In this document: piece by piece, positions 13,225 to 25,149 of the stretch
Numbering within the stretch: position 1 is the stretch's first letter
Layout of the letters: the number at the start of each line of letters is the position of its first letter
DNA from: Octopus bimaculoides
Lineage: Eukaryota
DNA: 63,892 nt
NCBI RefSeq assembly: GCF_001194135.2
Contig: NC_068982.1
Span: forward strand, 1,451,677 to 1,515,568
Direction of reading: 5' to 3'
Notes under the pieces: generated by a model
Seen by the model: the letters and a program-made list of their open reading frames with translations, nothing else
What the model was told of the DNA's origin: nothing
Databases searched by the model: none
Position numbers and translations under genes: made by a program

Positions 13225-13595
13225 ATCGTCGTGGCACTCCGTCGGTTACGATGACCAGGGTTCCAGTTGATCCGATCAACGAAACAGCCTGATCGTGAAA
13301 TTAACGTGCAAGTGGCTGAGCACTCCACAGACACGTGTACCCTTAACGTAGTTCTCGGGGAGAAACAGCGTGTGACAAGGCTGGCCCTTTGAAATACAGG
13401 TACAACAGAAACAGGAAGAAAGAGTGAGAGAAAGTTGTGGTGAAAGAGTACAGCAGGGTTCGCCAGCACGCCCTGCCGGAGCCTCGTTGAGATTTTAGGT
13501 GTTTTCGCTCAATAAACACTCACAATGCTCGGTCTGAAATTCGAAACCGCGTTCCTACGACCGCGAGTCCGCTGCCCTAACCACTGGGCTATTGC
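13225..13595 (-). mobile_element. tRNA-derived SINE, family C
   Basis: Minus head gcaatagcccagtggttagggcagcggactcgcggtcgtaggaacgcggtttcgaatttc (tRNA-Arg-like, A and B boxes) plus a body/tail unrelated to families A and B; a tail scrap recurs at ~50217-50262. Confidence 0.85.
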
Positions 13596-13919
13596 ACCAC
13601 CACATCATCTACAACATACATTCACATACACGTTGTGTTATTACTTTAGACCAGGGCTAGTGGTGTTACTGCTCGGTAGCGTCTGTACTGAGGACCTCAC
13701 GGTTTAACAAACGGTCAGTTAACAAGCAATAGTTAAAAGTCAGTCAAGTATATGTTACAAGACGTTACTTATCTGATTAGCGGTTTATGTTCGAACATTT
13801 TAAAAGCTCAATACCAAAATCCATAAAGTTTATCATTTTTAAATTTTTCATTGAAATTTTTCAGTTTTAAAACTCACCCACAGAGAAATAATTGCACCCT
13901 GAATTTTTCAAGGTCATAC

Positions 13920-13920
<1 letters not shown>

Positions 13921-13985
<65 letters not shown>
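13921..13985. repeat. (AC)n microsatellite running into an N-gap
   Basis: Direct reading. Confidence 0.97.
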
Positions 13986-15039
13986 NNNNNNNNNNNNNNN
14001 NNNNNNNNNNNNNNNNNNNNNNNNNNNNNNNNNNNNNNNNNNNNNNNNNNNNNNNNNNNNNNNNNNNNNNNNNNNNNNNNNNNNNNNNNNNNNNNNNNNN
14101 NNNNNNNNNNNNNNNNNNNNNNNNNNNNNNNNNNNNNNNNNNNNNNNNNNNNNNNNNNNNNNNNNNNNNNNNNNNNNNNNNNNNNNNNNNNNNNNNNNNN
14201 NNNNNNNNNNNNNNNNNNNNNNNNNNNNNNNNNNNNNNNNNNNNNNNNNNNNNNNNNNNNNNNNNNNNNNNNNNNNNNNNNNNNNNNNNNNNNNNNNNNN
14301 NNNNNNNNNNNNNNNNNNNNNNNNNNNNNNNNNNNNNNNNNNNNNNNNNNNNNNNNNNNNNNNNNNNNNNNNNNNNNNNNNNNNNNNNNNNNNNNNNNNN
14401 NNNNNNNNNNNNNNNNNNNNNNNNNNNNNNNNNNNNNNNNNNNNNNNNNNNNNNNNNNNNNNNNNNNNNNNNNNNNNNNNNNNNNNNNNNNNNNNNNNNN
14501 NNNNNNNNNNNNNNNNNNNNNNNNNNNNNNNNNNNNNNNNNNNNNNNNNNNNNNNNNNNNNNNNNNNNNNNNNNNNNNNNNNNNNNNNNNNNNNNNNNNN
14601 NNNNNNNNNNNNNNNNNNNNNNNNNNNNNNNNNNNNNNNNNNNNNNNNNNNNNNNNNNNNNNNNNNNNNNNNNNNNNNNNNNNNNNNNNNNNNNNNNNNN
14701 NNNNNNNNNNNNNNNNNNNNNNNNNNNNNNNNNNNNNNNNNNNNNNNNNNNNNNNNNNNNNNNNNNNNNNNNNNNNNNNNNNNNNNNNNNNNNNNNNNNN
14801 NNNNNNNNNNNNNNNNNNNNNNNNNNNNNNNNNNNNNNNNNNNNNNNNNNNNNNNNNNNNNNNNNNNNNNTATATATATGTATATGTATATGTATATATA
14901 TATGTCGTTATTCAGTTTTATTTCAATATTTTTTGCCAACAGAGAAAGAACCGGTTTCTAACCTAGACCCAAAGCACCTTCAATGGAATTTCAAGATAAA
15001 CAACAGGGTAATTTTGTTTGTTTGTATGTATGTATATGT

Positions 15040-16535
15040 ACAGACTTGTATCTTCTGTTTCATGATTGTCTTCTCATGCATATACTTCCATATCTAGACA
15101 TGCACATATGTATTTAAATGATAAACTTGTGAAAATGTTTGCAGACTTACACATTTCCAGTGATAGATTGGATCTGTAGTCTTCGAATCAGCTTTCTCCT
15201 TTCTGGTTTTTGAGAAGCCTAATTTCCCAAGATTGGTATTTAGGTAGTGCGTTACATATCGCAGTGCCCCAATAATTACCGGTATAAACTTGAACTTGTA
15301 ATCTGGACAGAATAACTGCAGATTTCTCAATAGTTCAGCGTAGGTATTCTCTTTGTCGCTAATATTCAGCTTTATGTAAACATCCGCTGAGCAGCTGATT
15401 TCCATAATTGTACAGTTTCTCTTCTCTATTCCAAATCATTAGATCAGGTCTGTTGTGCTTACATTTTATTGAGGTTTTCACAGGGACATTCCACCAGTAT
15501 TCCTTGTTATTATGAGTGGCTATGACTTCTACCATACTGTGGCTTCATATTTCTTTATACTGGGGGTTATCCTTTCGACGGATCTCATTATACAGTGTCC
15601 TAACTAAAACATGTCTCATCGGTGGATAATACCGTGATGACATTTTCAGACAACTGCTTATGATGTGGGTGATATCTTCGGCATTAGCTCCACAAAGTCT
15701 GCATCGTTGTCACATTTTATTGCTTTTCCTGAATCTCTGACCCTTTTGTGCATCAGGTATTTGGTTGATATTTCCTGTTCCTGGATTGCAAATGCATACT
15801 CTCCAAAGTTCAAGGTAGTAATCTGGTCGTCGATCCATGATAAACTCCTTTGATGATCGATGTTGCTATCACCACAGAGCTTTCTACCAACATATAAATG
15901 CATGATCTTGTCCTGATAGAAGCTCATCTTATCATCTGATGATACGTTGTGGTTGTGTTGTGCGACTTCATTGGGCATGTATTTAAGGTATTCAGGCAAG
16001 GAATGCTGCTCAAGGAGCTGTCTGCCGAGTCTTATGATGTTATCAGCCTCATATATGCAAAATTGGTCAAGGGATGCGCTTCGACACTCAAAGATGTTGC
16101 CGAAACGATATGATCCGACATTCAAAAGTAGTCTGGATCGATGTTAAGCCTCTGTTGCTTTGTTTTCGTTTTAGGTAGTGGCGGTCTACGTCACTGTTGA
16201 TGGGGAAATTATGTGTGCTTGTCAGTATCTTCCGGGTTTTCACATCAATAGCTCGGCTCTCATCAAGCAGCCTAAATGTTGGTATGAGTACTGACACTGC
16301 AAGCACATTGTGGGCCACTGTTTTATCGAATGCAGAGCGTTCCGCGGTCCAAAGTTTCTTTATTCAGTTGTAATATTCTTTAGTGACACATATTTTATTA
16401 CTGATGCTATTGTAAAATATGATTTCATCCATCGCTAAATACCTGTAACATTCCATATAGAGGAAACAGTCAAGTCATTGAGGAGGATGTTGCTAGTCTG
16501 GTTTACAGATTTCTCTCTTTTCACAACCGTAACAC
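15040..16535 (-). mobile_element. R4/Dong-clade non-LTR retrotransposon, 5'-truncated, with CCHC finger and RLE endonuclease
   Basis: Minus frames: YRYLAMDE, IDVKTRKILTSTHNFPINSDVDRHYLKRK..RGL, FAIQEQEISTKYL, CRLCG..AEDITHIISSC, NRPDLMIWNREEKLCTIMEISC (PD..D/E-x-K-type RLE), FIPVIIGAL. Multiple frameshifts. Confidence 0.92.
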
Positions 16536-16536
16536 A

Positions 16537-16680
16537 GTATGTATGTATGTATGTATGTATGTATGTATTCATACATACATGTATGTATGTATGTATGTAT
16601 GTATGTATTCATACATACATGTATGTATGTTTGTATGCACGTATGCATGTATGCATGTATGTATGTGTGTATATGCGAGT
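16537..16680. repeat. (TATG)n microsatellite with two internal strand flips to (CATA)n
   Basis: gtatgtatgtatt-catacatacat-gtatg occurs twice. Confidence 0.92.
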
Positions 16681-16689
16681 GTACTCGTG

Positions 16690-16915
16690 TCTTTGTGTCT
16701 GTGCTTGGCCCCTACACGCTTCTTAATCGGTCTAGTTGTGTTTACGTTCTCGTAACTTTGCAGTTCGGCAAAGGCGACCGAGAGAATAAGTAGCAAGCGT
16801 AAAACAAATTTAAGTACTGGTGTGGATTCGTTCGACTAAAAGTTTTCAAGGCAATGCCCCAGCATGGTCGCAGTCTAACGAGTGAAACGTGTAAAAGGTA
16901 AAAGATATATGAGAT
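16690..16915 (+). mobile_element. SINE family A, 3' half
   Basis: Central domain gagaataagtag...gtactggtgtggattcgttcgac and tail gccccagcatggtcgcagtc...gaaac...aaaaga. Confidence 0.8.
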
Positions 16916-17339
16916 AAAAAAAAAAGAATTGTCGAAAGTGCGTTAATCACTCACCCAAAAATATTTACGTAAACTAAAGAAATTGATGAGTATAAACGAA
17001 ATAAAGAACTGCAAATGCAGGAATGAATGAGACGGAAAAGAAATAGAGAAAGAGAAACGTTAGAAAAATAAAAAGAGTCAGAATATAGAGTGTAAAACTA
17101 AGTGGTAAAGGTTAAACATTGAATGAAAACATCAATATATTTCTCCTATCAATTTATTTTCCTCTTAGGTATTGTATCATGAAAAACTGACAAATTTCTC
17201 TCGAAATATCTCAATACAATTGGCCATGTGTTAAAAGTTCCCATAAAATCAAGAAATATTTATATATTGAAGAAACAAACAAAGGATATTGTTCTTTATA
17301 TGAAAACTATCTAGTGGTTTCCATATAAAAATGTTTCTT

Positions 17340-18155
17340 TTAAAAAACATTAAAAAAATCATGAGTAAATATCTGAAGGAAATAATATACATCTTCAACA
17401 GCTGACTCAGATCGATACTCATAAAAAGATAGGTGAACGGTGATTTATAAAGTATTTCCACAAAGCTGTTATGCACGGCATAAAAACACATTTTGACTCT
17501 GAAAGACAGCCTTACGACAGGCAGCACAGCTGTAGTCTTCAATTAACGTTGGTGATGCAATCCAAACCTTTCAGTCATATGTATTCAAGATAAACTACCA
17601 CGGGAATTGTTTTCTATAGTTATATTCAGGCTAATTAGAGGCTCTGAACATAGCTTCGGTTAAAAGCCTTAATTACAGGGAAAGTTTGAAGGCTTTGTCT
17701 CTTTTCTCTCTTGAACTCCGAGGAGAGAGATATAGCAGCATATACGTATGGAAAATCCTGGAGGGGTTTGTTCAAAACTTCGGCATCACAGAGAATTTTA
17801 ATGCACGAACTGGCAGATACTGCCAACTTCCAAACATACCAGCTTCGAAATTGTGACCAAAATATTCTTTTGTAACAGTGTGATACTTAGGGATCCTCAA
17901 CTGCTTAACTATCAAAAATCTAAAAGAAACTTCCACTGAATCATTATATATTAAAAAAAGAACAAAAAATATTGGATAAACTCAAAAGGACGATAACAAA
18001 CCAACAAAGATACAATCAGGGATGATCAGCAGCTACAAAGTCAATCCGACACCAAATTCCATCCATAATGAAACAACAAAACTGAAAAAAAAATATAGAC
18101 GGCGCTCCAGCCTGGTCGCAGTCTTATGGCTGAAACAATTAAAAGAAAAAAGAAT
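17340..18155 (+). mobile_element. CR1-like LINE 3' fragment (same family as 52316-53190)
   Basis: 17650-17900 reads SVKSLNYRESLKALSLFSLELRGERYSSIYVWKILEGFVQNFGI...NARTGRYC, colinear with 52700-52870; ends in the shared ccagcctggtcgcag...ggctgaaac tail. The 5' boundary is uncertain. Confidence 0.78.
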
Positions 18156-18721
18156 AGCATCCGCCACTAATAAAAGACCACCTAATGTTATCAACTCTAA
18201 AATCGCGAAAACGGAGATTTTCGACTGGCATTATTATTCATTCTGTATCCCAAAAGAAGTATTTGTTGATGATATGTGTTGTTTTCCGGAATTCAGAATA
18301 GAACGAAGGAAAATAATTTCTACTGCGATTTATATTCTTCACAAAATGTTGAAGTATAAATTTGAAAAAGAAAAATAGTGATATAGGTAACCGTTGTTTA
18401 TAAAATGGTTATGGAAATCAGATAGGATCAGTCTATTGCTTAATTACTAATGATGGTTGAGGAATATTCAAAGTTGTAAGAACATCATTCAGTTTATTTT
18501 GTCATGGAGACATTAGCACATTCACCCATAAGGACCAAGCACCGTATTGTATAGTCAGTATTTTTGTCTTTTTAGGAGGAATGTAGGTTCATCAATTCTA
18601 TCATAAAAGGCAACAAGCTTTCGGGTAAATAAAACTAATTCGTTGAGACACACTACTCTTTTCTAAAGAACGGAATATCATTATTCTTGTCTTATATTTT
18701 ATACAACTGAAGATATATATT

Positions 18722-18781
<60 letters not shown>

Positions 18782-18794
18782 ACTATATATATGT

Positions 18795-18993
18795 GTATAT
18801 TTCTGTTTGTGCCTGTGTTTGTCCCCCCATCACCATCGCTTGACAACCGATGTTGATGTGTTTATGTCCCAGTAGCGGTTCGGCAGAAGAGACCGACAGA
18901 ATAAGTACGAGGCATACAAAGAGTCCAGGGATCGATTTGTTCGGCTAGAACCTCTTAAGGTGATGCTTCAGCATGGCCGCAGTCAAATGACTC
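18795..18993 (+). mobile_element. SINE family A, 3' half
   Basis: tttgtccccccatcacc...cggttcggcagaagagaccgacagaataagtac...cagcatggccgcagtcaaatgact. Confidence 0.82.
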
Positions 18994-19169
18994 GGGTTCA
19001 GTGCCAGTGTGAGGTATATTGAGCAAATGTCCTCTACTATAGCCTTGAGCCGACCAAAACTTTGAGAGTAGATTCGGTAGACGGAAATTGAGAGAAGCCC
19101 GTCGCACATATACACATACTTACATGCATGCATGCATACATACATACACATATATATATATGTGTGTGC

Positions 19170-19216
<47 letters not shown>

Positions 19217-19375
19217 TGTGTGTGTGTGTGACTAACGGTGTCGATGTGTTTGCATCTCCGCAAATTGGCGGTTCAGCAACAGAGAACGATAGACTTATTC
19301 GAGTAAACCCTTCAAGGTGGTACCCCAGTATGGCCGCAGTCCAATGATTGAAACAAGAAAAAGGATAAAAGAAAA
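18994..19375 (+). mobile_element. SINE family A, slightly 5'-truncated, directly tandem to the previous copy
   Basis: Begins cgggttcagtgcc (B-box region), continues ...gagaagcccgtcg, (GT)n, and tail ggtggtaccccagtatggccgcagtccaatgattgaaacaag. Confidence 0.85.
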
Positions 19376-19954
19376 ACGCTACACCCACACACACGCAAAC
19401 ACACACACACATATTCTACACTAAGAATTAAGATTAATTTTCAAAATAGACGGACGAGTTCTCTAAGATGGAAGCAAGTTATTAGAATATCACTGAAGAG
19501 ATATAATGTATATTTCACTTGTTATTGTTTGTTTGAATTTCCGATGTATTTCTCTAAATTTCATAGAGAAAATAAAAAATATTATTAGAAGAAAATAAGC
19601 TCATTCATTCTATGAAGATAAAAGAAGTGAATAATGAATGCAGATGTATATAATAAAGATTATAAACCTCGATGTGAATTAAGTTTATGATATGAACCAA
19701 GATGAATACAGTTATGCTAGAAAAGAAGCAAATACCTTGTGTAGTGGATGGAACTACATATTTCCCGGGGTTAAACCTTAAAAGTAGAACGACGTCTAGA
19801 ATAAGAATGTAAAATATACCTATGAACTACTATGCCATTTCAGACAAACTGAAAAAAGAACAACAACCACTTAACTTATATTAGTAAGGGATCTGTTTTA
19901 GTATCTATAAACACACTTTAAATTCAAACAGTATCATTTTGAACTGCAAATTGA

Positions 19955-20073
19955 TCTTACAGCCATATCACGTTGAAAGCACCGGTTCTCGTCCGATCAC
20001 AGAAGTTAAACAACGTCGAGCCTAGTGAGTACTTAGATGGGTGACTGCTTGAGAAGCCTGGGTACTATAAGCG
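19955..20073 (+). rRNA. Solitary 5S rRNA-like copy, probably a pseudogene
   Basis: Full-length 119 nt match to invertebrate 5S (ccatatcacgttgaaagcaccggttctcgtccgatcac.gaagttaa.caacgtcgagcc..gt.agtactt.gatgggtgac.gc); helix I has three mismatches and boxes A/C carry substitutions. Confidence 0.9.
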
Positions 20074-20539
20074 TCTCGCATTTTTCAAGGTGGTGCTATT
20101 TAGTTAGACATGACCTGGGCTTATACTGGCCGAGACCGATAAAACTCATCAGATGTCTGTAAATACTCAAATGTATTTCTCCGCTGAATTTCAATTTATA
20201 AATTGCATTGACGACGACTAATCACTAAAATGTGCAGTAATTCCAATATTTTACTATTTCAGCGATCATTAGAAATATTAATGCTTCGTCTGTTCCATAG
20301 AAATGAATATTCAACAATAATATAAATACATGCACGTATTGCATACATATATAACTTAGATATGTTTCGGACAAAAATTGACCCGGACCATGTCTAACTT
20401 AATAGCATCAACTGATAGGATCTGTTAAGTCGTTTTTCAGTAAAAGTGTGGTATCATGGAACATTCTAGTAGGGAGTTGTTGATTGAGATGTATCCTGGT
20501 GATTTATCTGGTAAACCCTGAAGAAATTTCTCTCGTTCT

Positions 20540-22025
20540 GCAGGAAGATTCTTACGACCCTATTTAAAAACCAATAGAGGCTGGGCTAGGCATACCAGAT
20601 TAGTTGACGGCCGCATCGACTCCATTTGTCCTGAAGAACAAAGGGATCCAAGTGGCCAAAAACTACAGGGTGACAGCATGTTTGAATGTGATGTACAAAC
20701 TGTACACAGGTTGTTTTTATGTGTTTCTTCAAGACGACTGCTAACAAATGATATGGTAACAAATGATCTGGCAGGAAAGAAGAAAGGAGTCTGGGATGCT
20801 GCTAAATTTCTCATCTACAAAAGTGTTCAGAAGGAAGATAAGCAACATGCACGTAATCTGTGAGAAAGAGTTTAAACTAGTCCTTCACTAATGGTTGTGA
20901 GAATGTCTACACATTGTCAAAGTACCAACTGTTATAGTTCATACCAGTGAAAAACTGACCACATCGTGGTCCACACAATTATCACTGAAACAGCACTTAT
21001 AATCACAAACACAATTAAATTATTGAAGGGAATATTCCAGGTTGACAGTTTATCTGTAATGTTGTTTTATATTGGCCACGAACCCCATGTCAACCCTGTC
21101 AACGAAATGTCAACTCTCCAAGTTGGGATCCGCAGAAGAGAGTAAAACTAATGCTACCCACACATTTTTTGTTGATGACCAACAGTTATATTCATGTACC
21201 GTGTACACGCCATCAAGAGAAAATAAGAACTCACAAGATTCTCACGGGATATTAGGAATGGAATTTGGGTAAGACACTCATACAAGATAGTCAACCATGG
21301 AAAGAGGACAGATTGTCTTATAGACAGAGAGATTGAATATGAGGGACTTGCACATCTACCCTGTTTCTAATGATGGATACAATAAGTATCTTGAAACGGA
21401 TGAAAATATTGCATACGTTGGTGCTGGCAATAAAGCTAGAGTAAAAAAAAAAATGAATATTTTTGCAGACTCAAGGAAATATGGAACTCAGAGCTTTCTA
21501 CTTTCAATAAGTCCATCTGTAACAATGCGAGTAGCGATATTACACTCGACACACTTGATGAAATTTGTACTCTGATCACCGCTGGCAACTTTTGCAGAAA
21601 CAGCGACGGCAACAGGACCTAATGGAAGAGTATGAGTTGATGGCAGAAACTTTGAGTCTGTTCACGTTACACCTACAGAACACTAAAAAAAGGAACCAAT
21701 AAATTACACGCGTACTCAAAGGTGAAAGCGATATCTTCAGAGTAGAGGAATTACTTATGAACAGGTAGTATGTACCTAAACAGAATAGCCTCTTCTGGAC
21801 CTGTGATAGTTACGTAACAACCCACCTAGAAGGACAATCCGCTGTCTAGGAACATGAAATAGCTACTAATCGCATGATAAACAGGAGGGATAAAGATGCT
21901 ACCGAACCTTTGCGGTGCGATAGAAAATTTTGGTGATGCTATACTAGTGTGGAATATATCACCCGCATCACTAACAGCTACCTCAAAATGTCTACGAGAT
22001 ATTACCTGTCACTGAGATACTCTGT
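20540..22025 (+). mobile_element. R4/Dong-clade RT fragment (decayed)
   Basis: AKNYRVTACLNVMYKLYTG, KGIFQVDSLS, THTFFVDDQQLYS (YADD-equivalent), GMEFG, KYLETDENIAYVG, EHEIATN, KMSTRYYL; heavily frameshifted and cut at ~22025. Confidence 0.85.
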
Positions 22026-23200
22026 ATTAAATGCTATCTACAATACTAACCCCAGAAAGCATTGTCCTGAAGATTCTGAGCAAGTAGTTCTGCTTCCAAG
22101 GTGAACTCAGACCACGTGCATTTATACTGCCTATACCTAGAAAAGCCATATTAGATAGGACGAAGAAGAAAGTAACGAAAAGAAAATCATTTGCTTTGTT
22201 TCTGTGGAAGGAAGAAGTGTTTCTTCCTCCAGTACGTTGTAGTTGTATCCACAAGTAATTCTTTATAGTCTATTATTTACATTTCCTCTGAGGTCCCCCA
22301 CAATTTAAGATATTTATTTTTTAAGGTGTTGTATCTGTATTGTGACATGTGGACGATTTTCATGTGTGTCGGAATGCTGTTAGTTAACATAACGTAGCCA
22401 TTGTGTGGGTTGAATTTATTCTCTTTCACTTTACGGTCGTGTAGTTAATGGTTTCTTTGTTTTGTTCGTGTTGGGTGGAGTGTGATCTGAAAACAGTTGT
22501 GCGTAAATCAGGTTGTGCATGTAGAAGTGATAATAGTATCTTTGATTCTCTTGGTAATGGTGTTGTAGATGATGCTGGTACTAATAATACTGGTGTACCT
22601 GTATTTGATTGGAACAGCAGTTGAAATATCTTAAAATCTCGTATGTGTATGAAATTATGGTCATGTCTCGCAAAACAGACATCTTGTTATATATTGCTCC
22701 AGCGGATTTCCGCTTCTTTTGAAGGTGTACGCTCAAATTTCAGTCTTTTCGACGATGAACATTTCTACAGAATTGTTTCCCTTTCTGCTTAATGTAAAAA
22801 GTGTTGTATATTCAGAGTAATTTTTTCTCTGTTCTTGTCGATGTGTTTCCACCTTTTTGAAATGTTTATGTCTATTTGTGGGATGGAAAGAAGACCGATT
22901 CTAATCTTGGAGAAATGTTTGTGTTTTTATTGTCGCTGTTGATGTTGTTTGTGTCATCATTATCGCTAGCTTTATTACATCTTGTTGGGCTGCTGGTGGT
23001 GGTGGTAGTGGCAATACACGCTTTGCTGGTGGTGGTGGTGGTGGTCGTGATATTCTAAGCTTTGCTCGACAATTCATTGTTCTTGCTGCGGCTACATTTG
23101 TCGCTGTAGTTTTGGCTTTTGATTTTGTTATAGTTGTTCGTTGTTGAGGCTATTGGTCGTACTGTCCCTGATACTACTGTTTCTAATTACGATGGAATCA
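22026..23200 (-). mobile_element. Tx1/L1-like LINE 5' fragment (ORF1 remnant plus start of APE)
   Basis: Minus ORF 22027-22254 contains LGIGSINARGLSSPWKQNYLL, a typical L1/Tx1 endonuclease N-terminus; upstream is a T/Q-rich low-complexity ORF1-like region. The ORF1 assignment is weaker. Confidence 0.6.
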
Positions 23201-25149
23201 GTAATATTTTTGGTAAAAAATTAATGTGAAGTTTCGCCTTCCAAACCACTCCAACTTCCCTGTCTTACTGAGACGTATAGAGTAATAAAGGAAATCAGAT
23301 CAGAATTGGAAAACGTTTTACTCTTGCATTTGTACCTACACCCCCCCCACACACCCACACACACACACTCACACACACACACTTATGTATGTAGATGCAT
23401 GTTCAAATACAAATGTGTATATGCATACATATGTCTATATCTTTATATCTATACATGTAATATTCGACACTTTTATACTATATATATCCTTGTGTGTGTG
23501 TGTGTGTACGTGCGTGCATGTGTGTATGCGTATGTATGCGTATGATTATACATGATGAAGTTTTTGTGTGTGACCATATATATGACTACATTAAATAAAT
23601 ACACGTGCCCATATAAACAGATATATATATAGCAAACTCATATACACACGTATAGCTAGACAGGTAGACTAATCGGTAGATAATGAGATAAAGTGACGTG
23701 TAGAGCTAAATCGATAATTATTTCTATAAGAGGAGGCGTGTCAATTAATCACGAAACAACGAGTTGCGCACTGACGTCTACGCGTGGTCTTTAGTAGTTT
23801 GTCGGAACTTTGGACTAATATGTCAGTTAATTTGTCGTAGTTATTAAATTAACCATGGATATTCCACTTTTTCTTTTCTACAAACGAGTGTAACGTTAAT
23901 CTTTAATTACTGCTAAGGAATTTACGAGAATTATTTGCACATGCCGTATAGGAGCATTCAGAAACTTGTCTTTTGCTGACTGATGAGGGTTAGTTCATTA
24001 AATTATTAAAACAATGTTTTGCTGGAACGAAAAGTCTACAAATGGATTGGATAATTTTAGCATAGTCACAATTGTGCCTCTTATCTAGAGGACGGCGAAA
24101 TCCCGAATATCGTGTATCGAGAACAGTTTTCAGATATTATGGTTTTCGCAACTTTCAATAGTTTTATTGAGTTTGACTGAATTCCGCTGTTCGAAACGCT
24201 TTTCTTCTTTCTGATTGATTCCAATTAATTTTACCAACATTTCTTGTCAAGATTGAGAAGTTAGTGTCAACCCCTTTCAGTTCGTTATTAATTACTGTGA
24301 TCTCTCTTTTATTGCATGGCCATAGCGGCAGTTTTGATTGCGCCTGGTAGAACACAAACGGAGAAAATGTTTCTTCCATACAGGTAGACAGGTAGTGCAA
24401 ATACAATTGCGATCTTTTCATAATATTTAAATTATTCAGATCAACTGAAACTGCATTGTTTCGGAAGCTGGAACAGAATAAGAAATGAGAGAAGATAACC
24501 GTAATGCAAATATGCAATGCTAAGCCGATTTGATTATATCTCGCTAATCCATGTTTAGAACTAAAACTTCACAATTTACAAATTTACATTTTAGAATATA
24601 TTAAAGAATTGCAATTCTATATTTCTAGTTCCGTTTTCAACATTTTATTTTGAATTTACGCTTAATGTACTCGGACAACAATGTCTGAGAAAGAATTGCT
24701 CTAAATTCAGCATAGAAATCGAAATACGATGATCACGGTAAAAGCCAATGAGAAGAAATTCAAAATCAATTGATTTACATTTGGAAGTGAGAATTACAAA
24801 AACATTAAAGGGCTGCTTTGGAAGAGCACAAATGTTGTGTAGAAGAACTTGAAAATGATGAAATAACATGATTCCAAATATGAGAAAAGTGACAATCGGT
24901 TTAATAATTAGAAAAACAATTTAAAAACTAATATAATATAGATACCTCGTTCTCAAAGAGAAGAGAAACCAGTAAAAATAAAACAAGTCTCAAAAAGATA
25001 AATATGTTGACGTCATGGAAAAGAAAAACAATAGCGTAAATTCCAAAATATTTACACAGGGAAATAAAAGATAATGAACTGAGACGAATGAAGAGAAACA
25101 GTAAAAGAGAATTACACGAATGCAAGAATTCGAACGAACAGAGCAATGC

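Noticed and set aside
13530-13595. tRNA-Arg gene
   Set aside because: The tRNA-like sequence lacks a proper acceptor stem and continues into a SINE body; it is a SINE head.
13851-15097. Very long ORFs of 300-400 aa (also 1561, 12025, 33141, 37335, 53126)
   Set aside because: They consist almost entirely of X residues from N-gaps.
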